Assembly (NCBI RefSeq): GCF_000025505.1
Contig: NC_013849.1
Span: 1,440,001 to 1,472,000 of the forward strand
Reading direction: 5' to 3'
DNA length: 32,000 nucleotides
From: Ferroglobus placidus DSM 10642
GTDB taxonomy: Archaea; Halobacteriota; Archaeoglobi; Archaeoglobales; Archaeoglobaceae
Shown here: piece by piece, positions 17,337 to 27,221 of the stretch
Layout of the letters: every line of letters starts with the position of its first letter
Numbering within the stretch: the first letter of the stretch is position 1
Program-made: the position numbers and the translations under genes
The notes under the pieces: model-generated
What the model was told of the DNA's origin: nothing
Database searches by the model: none
What the model saw: only the letters and a program-made list of their open reading frames with translations

Positions 17337-18610
17337 AGTCTGTCCACCTCCTTTAAAAACTCCTCTACTTTGTCCGAGTTTATGTTCGCCCCAGCAGCAA
17401 CGCTGTGTCCTCCTCCGCTTCCTCCCACCTTTTCGGCAGCCTTTCTCATCACTTCCCCTAAATTGACTTTCTCGGCAAGTTTCTCGTTACCTCTCGCAGA
17501 AACCTTGACCTCTCCGCTCTTTTTCACGTTTATCGCTATAAAGGGCTTGTCAGAAAAGATGTACCTCGACAGGATTGAGGCTATTGGACCGGTGGTTGGA
17601 GCGTCTTCCATTATCAAATACCTTATGCAGAACCCTTCCTTTACCTCCTCTATCCTTTTTACGACCTCCTCCAAAAGCTCTTCCTGAAATTCCCTCCAGA
17701 GGCTTACAGCTTTCTCAAGGTAACTTTCGTCCCTCATGCATATCGCAAAGGCTATCGAATTTGCCGACTTTCTTCCGCAGGCATTCACGACTTCGCTGAG
17801 CATTATCGAATTTTTTATCAGCTCGTTCTTTAAGTAGAACTTTTCTCCGAAAACGTCCTCGAAAATCCCGGGGTAGCAGTTCATCTTCAGCAGTCTTATT
17901 GCTATTCCGTTAGCAAGCCTGCTTTCCTCTTCTTTACCGAGCTCGTCGAACTCCTTCTCACCATCGACGCTCACCTCTTCGAGAAATTTGTCGAGTTCAT
18001 CTTCATTTCCGTAGAAGTTCAGAAAAGGTTCCGTCGAGTATAGTAGGACTTCCCTCACTTTCCCGGATATCATTTTCAAACCTTCTCTCCTTTCCAAGTA
18101 GCCCCTCTCCAAACCCCTCTTAACGACCTCTAAGTTCCCTCCTCTCAGTTTTTGCTTATCTCCTATTATGCCGATTAGAGCTAAAGCCGTCAGGTCGTAG
18201 TTGTTTCCCAAGTATTCGGCGAAAAAGTAGGCTGTGGCGCTTGCGGACATTTCAAAAGATCCGTCTATTCCGGCAAGATGCGGATTTATGTGAGCCAAAT
18301 TCTCTTTTTCGATTCTTCCAACCGGAAAGTGGTGATCGACGATTATGACATCCTCTTTTATCTCCGAAATTTTTTCGGGATACCCGCTACCCATGTCAAC
18401 GAAAATAGTAAGATCTTCAGGTTCGAAGCTCTCGTTTAAACCTTTGAGAAAGGAAACGTGAACTTTCTTTCCCATTCTCATCAAAGCTATCGATACTATA
18501 GCTGCTCCGGAAATCCCGTCTGCATCGTAGTGAGCGTAAATTCTAACGTAATCGTGCTTGTCGAGCATGATTTTAGCTTTCTCGAATTCGTGCTTGATCA
18601 TTTCAAGCAT
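17315..18610 (-). CDS. DHH/DHHA1 phosphoesterase, RecJ-like
   Basis: IYAHYDADGISGAAI, IIVDHHFPVG, C-terminal GGSGGGHSVAAGANI. Confidence 0.9.
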   Translation of the reverse strand: MLEMIKHEFEKAKIMLDKHDYVRIYAHYDADGISGAAIVSIALMRMGKKVHVSFLKGLNESFEPEDLTIFVDMGSGYPEKISEIKEDVIIVDHHFPVGRIEKENLAHINPHLAGIDGSFEMSASATAYFFAEYLGNNYDLTALALIGIIGDKQKLRGGNLEVVKRGLERGYLERREGLKMISGKVREVLLYSTEPFLNFYGNEDELDKFLEEVSVDGEKEFDELGKEEESRLANGIAIRLLKMNCYPGIFEDVFGEKFYLKNELIKNSIMLSEVVNACGRKSANSIAFAICMRDESYLEKAVSLWREFQEELLEEVVKRIEEVKEGFCIRYLIMEDAPTTGPIASILSRYIFSDKPFIAINVKKSGEVKVSARGNEKLAEKVNLGEVMRKAAEKVGGSGGGHSVAAGANINSDKVEEFLKEVDRLCCSSLS

Positions 18611-18644
18611 GTTTCGCAGTCATTTATTCTGCAAAAATTTTTTT

Positions 18645-19346
18645 CTAAACACCTACGTAAGCTTTCCTTATATCTTCTTCACTAATTTCGTCTCTCCTGC
18701 CTTCAGCGAATATTCTTCCTTCGCTCATTAGATAGACGTAATCCGCTATTTCGAGCGATGCGTAAACGTTCTGCTCCACGAGAAGTATAGTCAAACCCCC
18801 CTCTTTCAACTTTCTTATTACCTCGAAAAGGTCCATAACGACTTTGGGAGCCAAACCCTGACTTGGTTCGTCCATTAGAATGAGCTCCGGAGATGACATT
18901 AAAGCTCTCGCAATCGTCAGCATTTGCTGCTCTCCTCCGCTCAAAGTTCCGGCTCTCTGCTTTCTTCTCTCTTTTAAAATCGGGAAGAGATCGTAGACGA
19001 AGCTTAAGTTTTCTTCAAACCTTTCTTCAGCTCTCTTGGTGTAAGCTCCGAGCCTCAGGTTCTCTTCTACAGTCATTAGAGGAAAGAGGTGCCTTCCTTC
19101 GGGAACGTATGCTATGCCCATCTCAACCTTCTCGTGGGGTTTCTTCAAAGTCACGTCCTCTCTTTTGAACGTAACCGTACCTTTCCAGGGTTTGATTATT
19201 CCGAAAATCGTTTTTAGTGTCGTAGTTTTCCCGACTCCGTTCGCTCCCAAGATGGTCGTTATGCTTCCTTTGTTTACTTTTAAGTTCACGCCCCACAGCA
19301 CCTGCATCTCTCCGTAACCGCTTTCGAGGTCTCTCGTTTCAAGCAT
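18645..19346 (-). CDS. livF: Branched-chain amino acid-type ABC transporter ATP-binding protein
   Basis: GANGVGKTTTLKTIFGI, LSGGEQQMLTIARALMSSPELILMDEPSQGLAP. Confidence 0.93.
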   Translation of the reverse strand: MLETRDLESGYGEMQVLWGVNLKVNKGSITTILGANGVGKTTTLKTIFGIIKPWKGTVTFKREDVTLKKPHEKVEMGIAYVPEGRHLFPLMTVEENLRLGAYTKRAEERFEENLSFVYDLFPILKERRKQRAGTLSGGEQQMLTIARALMSSPELILMDEPSQGLAPKVVMDLFEVIRKLKEGGLTILLVEQNVYASLEIADYVYLMSEGRIFAEGRRDEISEEDIRKAYVGV

Positions 19347-20075
19347 TCAGATCACCTTCTTTCCGAGGTAGACCTCTATGACCTTCGGATGGTTCAAAAC
19401 TTTTTCAGGCTCACCCTCAACGAGGATTTTTCCCTGATGCATGACTATAACCCTCTCCGCAAACTTGACTATCGCTTGCATAAGGTGCTCGACCATGGAA
19501 ACTATCGCTATGTCCTCTTCTCTGTGTATTTTCTTGAGAAGCTCGATTATTCTGTCCACATCTACGGGATTCATGCCAGCCATCACTTCATCGAGAAGCA
19601 AAAGCTTGGGTTTCATGGCAAGAGCTCTTGCGAGCTCCATTAACCTTTTCTCCAACGGCGTTAAAAGCTTCGCTTCCTTGTGTTTTAACTTCTCTATTCC
19701 CACGAGCTTCAGGTATTCCTCAGCTCTTTCGAAAGCTTCCTCAACGCTGAGCTTCTCTCTGCCGAACATGGCTCCTATAGCTACGTTCTCTAAAACCGTA
19801 GCGTTTCCGAAGGGGCGTGGAATCTGGAAGGTTCTCGCTATTCCGAGCTTAGCTCTTTCGTAAGGAGGCAAGTTCGTGATGTCTCTTCCCTCGAAGATTA
19901 CTTTGCCTTCATCCGGCAGATATATCCCGCTTATGAGGTTGTAGAGTGTTGTTTTTCCGCTTCCGTTTGGACCTACTATTCCTATCGCTTCCCCCTCTTC
20001 TATCTCAAACGTAACTCCGTCTACTGCTTTAATCCCTCCGAAGCTCTTTCTGAGGTTTTCAACTCTGAGTAGCAT
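19347..20075 (-). CDS. livG: Branched-chain amino acid-type ABC transporter ATP-binding protein
   Basis: GPNGSGKTTLYNLISG, GIARTFQIPRPF, LLLDEVMAGMNP. Start MLLRVENLRKS; the track start at 20084 is also possible. Confidence 0.92.
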   Translation of the reverse strand: MLLRVENLRKSFGGIKAVDGVTFEIEEGEAIGIVGPNGSGKTTLYNLISGIYLPDEGKVIFEGRDITNLPPYERAKLGIARTFQIPRPFGNATVLENVAIGAMFGREKLSVEEAFERAEEYLKLVGIEKLKHKEAKLLTPLEKRLMELARALAMKPKLLLLDEVMAGMNPVDVDRIIELLKKIHREEDIAIVSMVEHLMQAIVKFAERVIVMHQGKILVEGEPEKVLNHPKVIEVYLGKKVI

Positions 20076-20080
20076 GAGCG

Positions 20081-21061
20081 TCACCTCACGAAATCTTCCA
20101 ACTTAGTACCTCTAACCTTCTTCTTTAAATACCCTACCAATCCTTCCGGGAAGAGGACGACGACGGCTATTAAAATAGGAGCGAGAATCAAAAGCTGAAC
20201 TCCGGGAAATATGACGTTGAGGTAGTACTTCAGCAAAGCGTAGAAAGTTCCACCTACGAGCGGTCCGAGCAAAGTTCCAGCTCCTCCGAGCATGACTATA
20301 ACTATCGCTTCCACCGTGTAAACTATATTAAAGACGTCTTCCGGGAAAACGTAGGTAAGCTTCAGAGTCCAAGCGAGGGATCCGATAATTCCGGCGAAGA
20401 TTGCACTGGTTATGAAAGCGAGAATTTTGTATTTTGTGACGTTTATCCCCATTACTTTAGCAACCTCTTCATCCTCCCTCATAGCTAAAAGAGCGTATCC
20501 TATTCTGCTTCTCAGGTATATTGAGGTAATTAGAGCGGAAATAAACGCGACGAAGAATAAAGCCACGTCGGAAACGTAAGTTGAGAGGAAGTTCGTCGTC
20601 TCGCTTCCAAAGGTTTTTCTCATGAATCCCGAAAGAACAATTCCTTCTGTCCCTCCCCAAAGCCTCGTTCCTTCGATAAAGAACCTGAAACCTTCGTTAA
20701 CTCCTATCGTTGCTATTGCAAAGTAAGCCCCTCTAAGCCTTAAAGCGACGCCACCAACAGCTAAAGATAAGATGGCAGCGAAAATTGCTCCGGCTACAAC
20801 TCCTATCGCAATCGATACCAAGCCCAAGTGGGCGAAGTTCTGTATTGCGAGAGCCATCCCGTAAGCTCCAAGCCCGAGGAAAGCGACATAGCCGAAATCA
20901 ACGTAGCCAGTCAGGCCGAGGAAGATGTTGAAAGCCTGTCCCAAAGCTACGTAGAAAATTATCAGAGCTATTGGCTGCCACATCCCTTCGACGCTTGATC
21001 CGATTACGAACAGAATTATCAGGAATATCAGGTTTGGAATAACGTCTTTAATTGGCTTCAA
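20081..21061 (-). CDS. livM: Branched-chain amino acid-type ABC permease
   Basis: Polytopic. GLTGYVDFGYVAFLGLGAY, GLRLRGAYFAIATIG-like segment, RIGYALLAMREDEEVAKVMGINVTKYK. Confidence 0.9.
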   Translation of the reverse strand: MKPIKDVIPNLIFLIILFVIGSSVEGMWQPIALIIFYVALGQAFNIFLGLTGYVDFGYVAFLGLGAYGMALAIQNFAHLGLVSIAIGVVAGAIFAAILSLAVGGVALRLRGAYFAIATIGVNEGFRFFIEGTRLWGGTEGIVLSGFMRKTFGSETTNFLSTYVSDVALFFVAFISALITSIYLRSRIGYALLAMREDEEVAKVMGINVTKYKILAFITSAIFAGIIGSLAWTLKLTYVFPEDVFNIVYTVEAIVIVMLGGAGTLLGPLVGGTFYALLKYYLNVIFPGVQLLILAPILIAVVVLFPEGLVGYLKKKVRGTKLEDFVR

Positions 21062-21963
21062 AGTTCTTCACCCCTCAGCAATCCGGTAGGTCTTACGAGA
21101 AGGATTATCAGAAGGAAAACGAAGGCTATGAACCTCGTCATTGCAAATGGCTCAATTCCCGGAATCAAGCCGAGGAGAGTGTAAGAGCCGTTTTCGAAGA
21201 GTCCGAAGAGAATTCCAGCGTAGAAAGAGCCGATTGGAGAAGCGAGCCCGCCAAGAACGGCAATAACGAAAGCTTTCAGAGTGTAGCCTCCTCCCATATA
21301 AACGTTTATTCCCACCGGAGTGTACGTTGCGACGAGTACTCCTCCCATCATAGTGAGGGCTATTCCCAAGGCGAAGCTTAGAGCGTAGATTCTGTTCACG
21401 TTTATTCCGCAAGCCAAAGCTCCTTCTCTATCCTCCACGACAGCTCTAATCGCCATGCCGAACTTTGTCTTTCTTATGAACGTGTAAACGGAAAAGGCGA
21501 GGAAAACAGAAAGGAGCGCAGCTAGAAGCTTAGGATATGGTATTAGAGTAATTCCGAGATTTATCGATCCGACATCCCAGCTGTATCCGTAAAATTCGGG
21601 TCCCCAAAAGAATTTAGCGAGCTCTTCTATTAGCAAACCGTAGCCGAAGGTGGCGAGAAGGGTAGCAAGCTCCGGAGCGTCAACGAGCCTTTTTATTCCG
21701 GAGTAAAAAATTGCGAAGCCGATGATCATTCCAAAGAGCAAAGCGAAAAACAGAGCTGCTGGAGGAATCACTCCGTAAAGCACGAAAAGCCAGTAGACAG
21801 TGAAAGCTCCAATCATTACGAAAGCACCATGCCCGACGTTGACGATTCTGAGAACCCCGAATATAATGCTCAACCCCATCGTGGATATTCCGTAAATCGT
21901 TCCGAGGAGAAGACCGTAGATTAAGTTGGAGATGAGATTCTCAACTAACGCCATTGAGTCCAC
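21058..21963 (-). CDS. livH: Branched-chain amino acid-type ABC permease
   Basis: YGISTMGLSIIFGVLRIVNVGHGAF, GMAIRAVVEDREGALACGINVNRIY. Confidence 0.9.
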   Translation of the reverse strand: MDSMALVENLISNLIYGLLLGTIYGISTMGLSIIFGVLRIVNVGHGAFVMIGAFTVYWLFVLYGVIPPAALFFALLFGMIIGFAIFYSGIKRLVDAPELATLLATFGYGLLIEELAKFFWGPEFYGYSWDVGSINLGITLIPYPKLLAALLSVFLAFSVYTFIRKTKFGMAIRAVVEDREGALACGINVNRIYALSFALGIALTMMGGVLVATYTPVGINVYMGGGYTLKAFVIAVLGGLASPIGSFYAGILFGLFENGSYTLLGLIPGIEPFAMTRFIAFVFLLIILLVRPTGLLRGEEL

Positions 21964-21995
21964 CTAAAAAATATAATATTAAAAGATTTTGATTT

Positions 21996-23330
21996 TTACT
22001 TTTGAGCCAACTTTCCTTGCTCCTTCTCCTCCCAAGTTGGCATAGGATAGTAAGGTTCGGCGTTAGCGGCTTCTGGAGGCCACACGATCACTTTCTTTCC
22101 ACCCTGCCACTGTATTATAACCATCTCGTGTCCAATCTGTTTTCCGGTTTCCGGATCGATCTTCCACTTTCCGTAAACGCACATGAATTCGATGTCGTTC
22201 ATCGCTTCTCTAACAACCTTCGGATCGAGGCTTTGAGCCTTTTCTATGGCGTAAGCGTAAGATAGAACTGCCGCCGCAGCTTCAACTGCATGGTAGCTCG
22301 GAGGCTTATCGCTTCCAGAAACCTCTTTGAACATCTCCAAGAACTCCTCCTGAGTCGGTCCGTACCAGTCGATTCCGAGTTGTTTAGCAACCTCCGGACT
22401 GTACTTGACTCCGATCTCCCACTGGGCTGGAGCGAAAATGCCTTCGGCTTTAACTCCGAGAGCCTCGTAGAATTGAGGCAAAGTGGGAGCGACGAGGATT
22501 GAGGCGGCTTTTACGTTAACCTTCAGCTCAGCCATCTGGCTGACTAAAAGCTGTCCATCAGCAAAATGTCCTCCGCCGATGAGTATCTCCGGCTCGTAGT
22601 TCTTCAGCTCGTTCAGTATTGGAGACATGTCAGTCGTTCCCTTCGGATAAGTTTTCTCGTAAACTACTTCGAAGCCAAGCTTTTCAGCATACTCCTTAGC
22701 TGCTTTAAACACGGCTCTCGAGAACTCGGTGTCTTCGTAAACCATAGCAAGCTTTTTCGCGTTTGGATCTATCTTCTTAACCATATCGAGGAATCCAGTT
22801 TGATACTTGCTTGCCGGGCTAAGAGTTTGGACAACATAGTAATATCCCTGCTCGAATATGTAATCGCTCGCACCACCGTGGCTGTTCATGAGGACGCCGT
22901 ACTTCTCTGCTATCGGAGCAGCAGCAAGCGTTAAACCTGAGCTGTAAGGTGCTAAGATGAACTTAACCTTGTCAACTGTTGCGAGCCTCTCTACAAGGCT
23001 CTGAACGTTTTCCTTCTTCGACTCGTCGTCGTAATACTTCAGCTCGACCTTGTAAACTTTATCTCCAACCTTAATTCCTCCGTGCTTTTCGTTTATCCAC
23101 TTAATCGCAACCTGCATTCCCCAGAGGGACATCTGCCCCTCTTTGGAGAATTTACCGCTCAGGCTTATCGGAGCTCCGAAATAAATGGTTTCAACCTTCT
23201 TTTCAGGAGCTGGCGTTTTAGCCTCAGCCGGAGTTGGCGTTGGTGTGGCTTTCTCTTCAGGCTTTTGCTGACATCCAGCTATTACTACGGCGAAAATCAG
23301 CAGAGATAGCAGAAGATATCTTATTTTCAT
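21996..23330 (-). CDS. livK: ABC transporter substrate-binding lipoprotein
   Basis: Lipobox-like AVVIAGC then a Pro/Thr-rich linker. IYFGAPISLSGKFSKEG..., periplasmic-binding fold ANAEPYYPMPTWEEK. Confidence 0.88.
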   Translation of the reverse strand: MKIRYLLLSLLIFAVVIAGCQQKPEEKATPTPTPAEAKTPAPEKKVETIYFGAPISLSGKFSKEGQMSLWGMQVAIKWINEKHGGIKVGDKVYKVELKYYDDESKKENVQSLVERLATVDKVKFILAPYSSGLTLAAAPIAEKYGVLMNSHGGASDYIFEQGYYYVVQTLSPASKYQTGFLDMVKKIDPNAKKLAMVYEDTEFSRAVFKAAKEYAEKLGFEVVYEKTYPKGTTDMSPILNELKNYEPEILIGGGHFADGQLLVSQMAELKVNVKAASILVAPTLPQFYEALGVKAEGIFAPAQWEIGVKYSPEVAKQLGIDWYGPTQEEFLEMFKEVSGSDKPPSYHAVEAAAAVLSYAYAIEKAQSLDPKVVREAMNDIEFMCVYGKWKIDPETGKQIGHEMVIIQWQGGKKVIVWPPEAANAEPYYPMPTWEEKEQGKLAQK

Positions 23331-23585
23331 TCCCGGACACCTCTCTTCCTGTCGGTATTATAATTAAAAATTATTTAAATTTTTCGCAATTTTATCTTCC
23401 CTTCAAACTTTGTTGATTGGCTATTGTAAACGTTAAATTTTAAGCAATTGTAGACAATGTTCGATAACTTACCGAAAAGTATATGTATTTGGAAAGAAAG
23501 GTTCGATTAAAATTTTACAATTTCGGTATAAGAGGTGGGCGAAATAAATAAAATATTCGTTGAAAATAAAATCAAGTGATCCGAA

Positions 23586-24851
23586 ATGGAGGAGAAATTC
23601 GATGCCGTAGTGGTTGGAGGAGGAGCTTCAGGCTTAGGGGCGGCGATAAAACTTGCCAAATACGGTTTTAACGTTGTTCTACTTGAAAGAGGGGAGAGGA
23701 TAGGGTCTAAGAGCGTATACGGGGGAAGAATTTACTCCGAGGTTTTCAAGAGAGAGCTCGGCAGCTTGGATGACGCTCCGGTAGAGAGGTGGGTGAGGAA
23801 GGAAGTACTAACTTTCCTCGACTCCGAAAGAGGACTGAGCATCGAACTTTTCGCGAAAAAGAATGAGGAAAGCTTCACCGCTTATCTATCAAACTTCAAT
23901 TCGTGGCTCGCCCAGATAGCTGAGAACGAAGGAGCGCTTGTTATCGCAGGAATGAAGGTCGACGATTTGATAATCGAGGACGGAAAAGTTAAGGGCGTTG
24001 TTGCTGGAGGGGAGAAGCTTTACTCTGACGTCGTCATAGACGCTGAAGGGGTGAATCCGATTCTCGCGATGAGAGCAGGGATAAGAAGGGACTGGAAGCC
24101 TAACGAGGTTGCCGTTGGAGTCAAAGAAGTTGTAAAGCTCTCGGAGGAGGAGATAAACAAGAGGTTCGGGCTTGAGAGCGACGAAGGCTTGGCAAACTTA
24201 ATGGTGGGATTTCCGAATTCCATAGGAGGTGCTTTTCTCTACACGAATAAGGAGACTGTCTCTCTTGGAGTTGTCGTTAGAGTTGACAGCGCAGTAAAGA
24301 ATAATCTGGACGTTTACGAGCTTGCCGAAGATATCAGGCTTCACCCTTACGTTTACAGACTCGTTAAAGGTGGAAGCGTTATAGAATACTCCGCTCACCT
24401 CGTTCCGGAAGCTGGAGTTAGAGGGGTGCCGGAAAGGCTCGTCTCCGACGGATTTGTTTTGGTTGGAGACGCTGCCGGATTGGTTTTGAACAGAGGGTTC
24501 ACAGTAAGAGGAGTCGACTACGCTTTTTACTCCGGCGTTTTAGCTGCTGAAGCTGTGAAAAACGCTCACGAAAAGGGAGAGATGAGCAGAGAAAATCTTG
24601 CGGTTTACGAAAGTCTCTTAAAAAGCTCGGCTATTTACGAAGAACTGAAATTCTACGAAAAAGCTCACGAGATCCTCGGAGAGGAGAAGTTCTACTCCCT
24701 TTATCCGCAGATGTTCATAGAGGTTTTCGAAGAGCTCTACAGGATGGACAAGCCGAAGACGGTCTATTCTGTTGTTAAGGAGAAGATGAGGGAGAGAGTA
24801 TCTACTTTCAGAGCGTTTATGGACTTCTGGAAGGTGGTGAGGAGCTTATGA
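23586..24851 (+). CDS. FixC-like FAD-dependent oxidoreductase (ETF:quinone oxidoreductase family)
   Basis: VVVGGGASGLGAAIKLAKYGFNVVLLERG, VGDAAGLVLNRGFTVRGVDYAFYSG. Downstream of a divergent liv operon. Confidence 0.85.
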   Translation: MEEKFDAVVVGGGASGLGAAIKLAKYGFNVVLLERGERIGSKSVYGGRIYSEVFKRELGSLDDAPVERWVRKEVLTFLDSERGLSIELFAKKNEESFTAYLSNFNSWLAQIAENEGALVIAGMKVDDLIIEDGKVKGVVAGGEKLYSDVVIDAEGVNPILAMRAGIRRDWKPNEVAVGVKEVVKLSEEEINKRFGLESDEGLANLMVGFPNSIGGAFLYTNKETVSLGVVVRVDSAVKNNLDVYELAEDIRLHPYVYRLVKGGSVIEYSAHLVPEAGVRGVPERLVSDGFVLVGDAAGLVLNRGFTVRGVDYAFYSGVLAAEAVKNAHEKGEMSRENLAVYESLLKSSAIYEELKFYEKAHEILGEEKFYSLYPQMFIEVFEELYRMDKPKTVYSVVKEKMRERVSTFRAFMDFWKVVRSL

Positions 24852-25126
24852 GCGAAAAAAGGCTCAGCGTTGAGGACAGGCTCGGGCTTGTGAGCTTCGT
24901 CATAGATGGGGAGCCTCACATAATCGTGAAGGAGAAGTTCTGCAAGGACTGCGAGCTTAAAGTTTGCTTGAAAGTTTGCCCAGCTAAGCTGTATGAGGAG
25001 GAAAATGGAAAAATTAATTTCAATTATGAGGGTTGTTTGGAGTGTGGAACTTGCAGAATCGCTTGCGGAAAGCTTGAGTGGAACTACCCGAGGGGTGGTT
25101 TCGGAGTAAATTACCAGTTCGGTTAG
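24848..25126 (+). CDS. FixX-like ferredoxin
   Basis: CKDCELKVCLKVCPAKLY, NYEGCLECGTCRIACG, NYPRGGFGVNYQFG. ATGA overlap with the preceding gene. Confidence 0.88.
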   Translation: MSEKRLSVEDRLGLVSFVIDGEPHIIVKEKFCKDCELKVCLKVCPAKLYEEENGKINFNYEGCLECGTCRIACGKLEWNYPRGGFGVNYQFG

Positions 25127-25129
25127 GGG

Positions 25130-26404
25130 GTGTTTGATTTGGGAGTGATTGAATACCCGAAGGACCCGGTTTTGGAATTTTCGGAGGAGGAGAAGCTTTT
25201 TAGAGAGAGCGTCAGGGAATTCTGCGAGAAGTACATCGCACCGAAGTGGGTAGAAGTTGACGAGAAGGCTGAGAAGGATCCGATGGCAATTCCTGTAGAT
25301 CTGATTAAGAAAATGGGAGAGCAGGGGCTGTTTTGCATTCCATGCAGCGACAAGTACGGAGGGCAGGGAGGAACTTACACGATGGCGACCATTGCTATAG
25401 AAGAGATCGCTTACGCAGACCCGGCTGTGGCTCTGGCAGTTTACGCTTTGCTCAACAACGGATGGCCCTTCGCTTTGGAGATCTTTGGAAAGGAGGAGGT
25501 TTGTCAGGAAATAATTCCGGAAGTTGCTAAGGGTAACGCTTTCTTCGGAATAGCTTCGACCGAACCTCAGGGAGGAAGTGACGTTGCGGGAATAAAAACG
25601 AGGGCTGAGAAGAAGGGAGACGTTTACGTTTTCAACGGAGAAAAGGCTTACATCAGCGGAGTTGGAGAGGTCCAGAAGCTACCTTGGGGTGGAGGCTGGT
25701 TCTTGATTGCCAGAACCGGAGGAGAAGGACACAGAGGGCTTTCAGCCTTCGCTTTCATAGTCAGAAAGAACGGAAAGCTTAAGGAGGGCTGGATTCCGAC
25801 GATTTACGAAGACATCGGTAGGCATGGACTAACTACCGGTGGTTTCATCCTCGAAAACTTCGAACTTGAAAAGGATTATTTGCTTGGAGAGGAAAACAAG
25901 GGCTTCTACCACGTGATGGAAGGTTTCAACTTAGCGAGAATTGTCGTTGCAGCAGCAACTATTGGAGCTGCGAGGTGGCTTTTGGAAAAAGCCGTGGAAT
26001 GGTTCAGGCAGAGGAAGCTTTTCGGAGGAAGAAGTATAGCCTCTTTCCAGGGAGTTAGCTTCAAGTTTGCCGATTTGTATGCCAGATGGGAAGCTTCCCG
26101 ATACTTCGTTTACAGAGCTGCGAGGCTTGCCGACAAGATCTACATAGAGAAGGATCCCAACTTCAATCCGAAGGATCTCAACGTTCCCGTGGCTTTAGCC
26201 AAGAACTACGGTCCAGAAACCTGCGTTGATCTGGCTGAGGAGGTTATGAAGTGGTACGGAGCTTACGCATACACCAAAGAAGCTCCGATATTCAGAGCTT
26301 GGCTCGGTCCGTTCAGCTACGTAATAGGTGCTGAAGGAGCGCAGAACATAATGAGGTATATAATAGCGAGGGACATAATCGGAAGGGAGTTCGTGCAGGG
26401 ATAA
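25130..26404 (+). CDS. Acyl-CoA dehydrogenase family protein
   Basis: FGIASTEPQGGSDVAGI, KAYISGVGEV, GGRSIASFQGVSFKFADL. Start codon slightly uncertain. Confidence 0.93.
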   Translation: MFDLGVIEYPKDPVLEFSEEEKLFRESVREFCEKYIAPKWVEVDEKAEKDPMAIPVDLIKKMGEQGLFCIPCSDKYGGQGGTYTMATIAIEEIAYADPAVALAVYALLNNGWPFALEIFGKEEVCQEIIPEVAKGNAFFGIASTEPQGGSDVAGIKTRAEKKGDVYVFNGEKAYISGVGEVQKLPWGGGWFLIARTGGEGHRGLSAFAFIVRKNGKLKEGWIPTIYEDIGRHGLTTGGFILENFELEKDYLLGEENKGFYHVMEGFNLARIVVAAATIGAARWLLEKAVEWFRQRKLFGGRSIASFQGVSFKFADLYARWEASRYFVYRAARLADKIYIEKDPNFNPKDLNVPVALAKNYGPETCVDLAEEVMKWYGAYAYTKEAPIFRAWLGPFSYVIGAEGAQNIMRYIIARDIIGREFVQG

Positions 26405-26444
26405 TTTCCAAAATTTTTTCTTCCTATTTTTGGGAGGTTTCTCC

Positions 26445-27212
26445 ATGAACGTAGCGGTTTGCGTTAAATACGCTGTGGACGCTCAGCAGGTGAAATTCGA
26501 TCCGAAAACTGGCGAGCCGCTTTTAGCGACGGCACCGAGAAAAATTAGCGACATGGATAGGAGAGCGATAGAAGAGGCTTTAAGGCTGAAAGAAAAGCTT
26601 GGAGGAAAAGTTGTTGCTTTCTCCGTTGGAGACTCAGGCGTGAAAAATGCTGTGAAGGAAATCTATGCGATGGGAGTTGATGAGGTGCACATCGTTGCGG
26701 ACGATAAATTGAAGAACGTGGACACGACAACAACTGCTAAGATTCTTTCGGAGCTGATAAAGAAAGTTGGCAGCTTCGATTTAATTCTCTGCGGAGCGGC
26801 ATCGACAGACGGCTATTCCTGGCTCGTGCCGGGGAAAATTGCCAGCTTCCTTGAGCTCTCTTTCATTCCGAACGCCGTAGCTTTAAGCGTTGAAAACGGG
26901 AAGGTTGCTGTAGAAAGCGACATGGGTGATGGAATATACAAGTTCGAATCGAGTCTTCCGGCGGTAGTTTCCGTTCTGCTCGAAATAAACGAGCCGAGGA
27001 TTCCGAAGCTTTCAGACATTTTGAAAGCTTCGAAGAAGAAAGCGGAATTCCACAGCCTTGAGGATTTCGAAGTGGAATTCGTTGACAGCGGAGTTGAAGA
27101 GATAAGGATGCCGAAGGTTGAGAGAAAGAGGGTAATCTTCGAGGTTAAGGATAACATTGACGAGGTTGTTGAGAAGCTTTTGGCTGAGTTGAAGAAAGAG
27201 GGAGTGCTGTGA
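26445..27212 (+). CDS. etfB: Electron transfer flavoprotein beta subunit
   Basis: MNVAVCVKYAVD...FDPKTGEP, ISDMDRRAIEEALRLKE, DLILCGAASTDG. Confidence 0.88.
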   Translation: MNVAVCVKYAVDAQQVKFDPKTGEPLLATAPRKISDMDRRAIEEALRLKEKLGGKVVAFSVGDSGVKNAVKEIYAMGVDEVHIVADDKLKNVDTTTTAKILSELIKKVGSFDLILCGAASTDGYSWLVPGKIASFLELSFIPNAVALSVENGKVAVESDMGDGIYKFESSLPAVVSVLLEINEPRIPKLSDILKASKKKAEFHSLEDFEVEFVDSGVEEIRMPKVERKRVIFEVKDNIDEVVEKLLAELKKEGVL

Positions 27213-27221
27213 GGTGGTAAT

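Noticed and set aside
19441-19863. 140-aa plus-strand ORF opposite livG
   Set aside because: Antisense shadow ORF. livG is unambiguous on the other strand.
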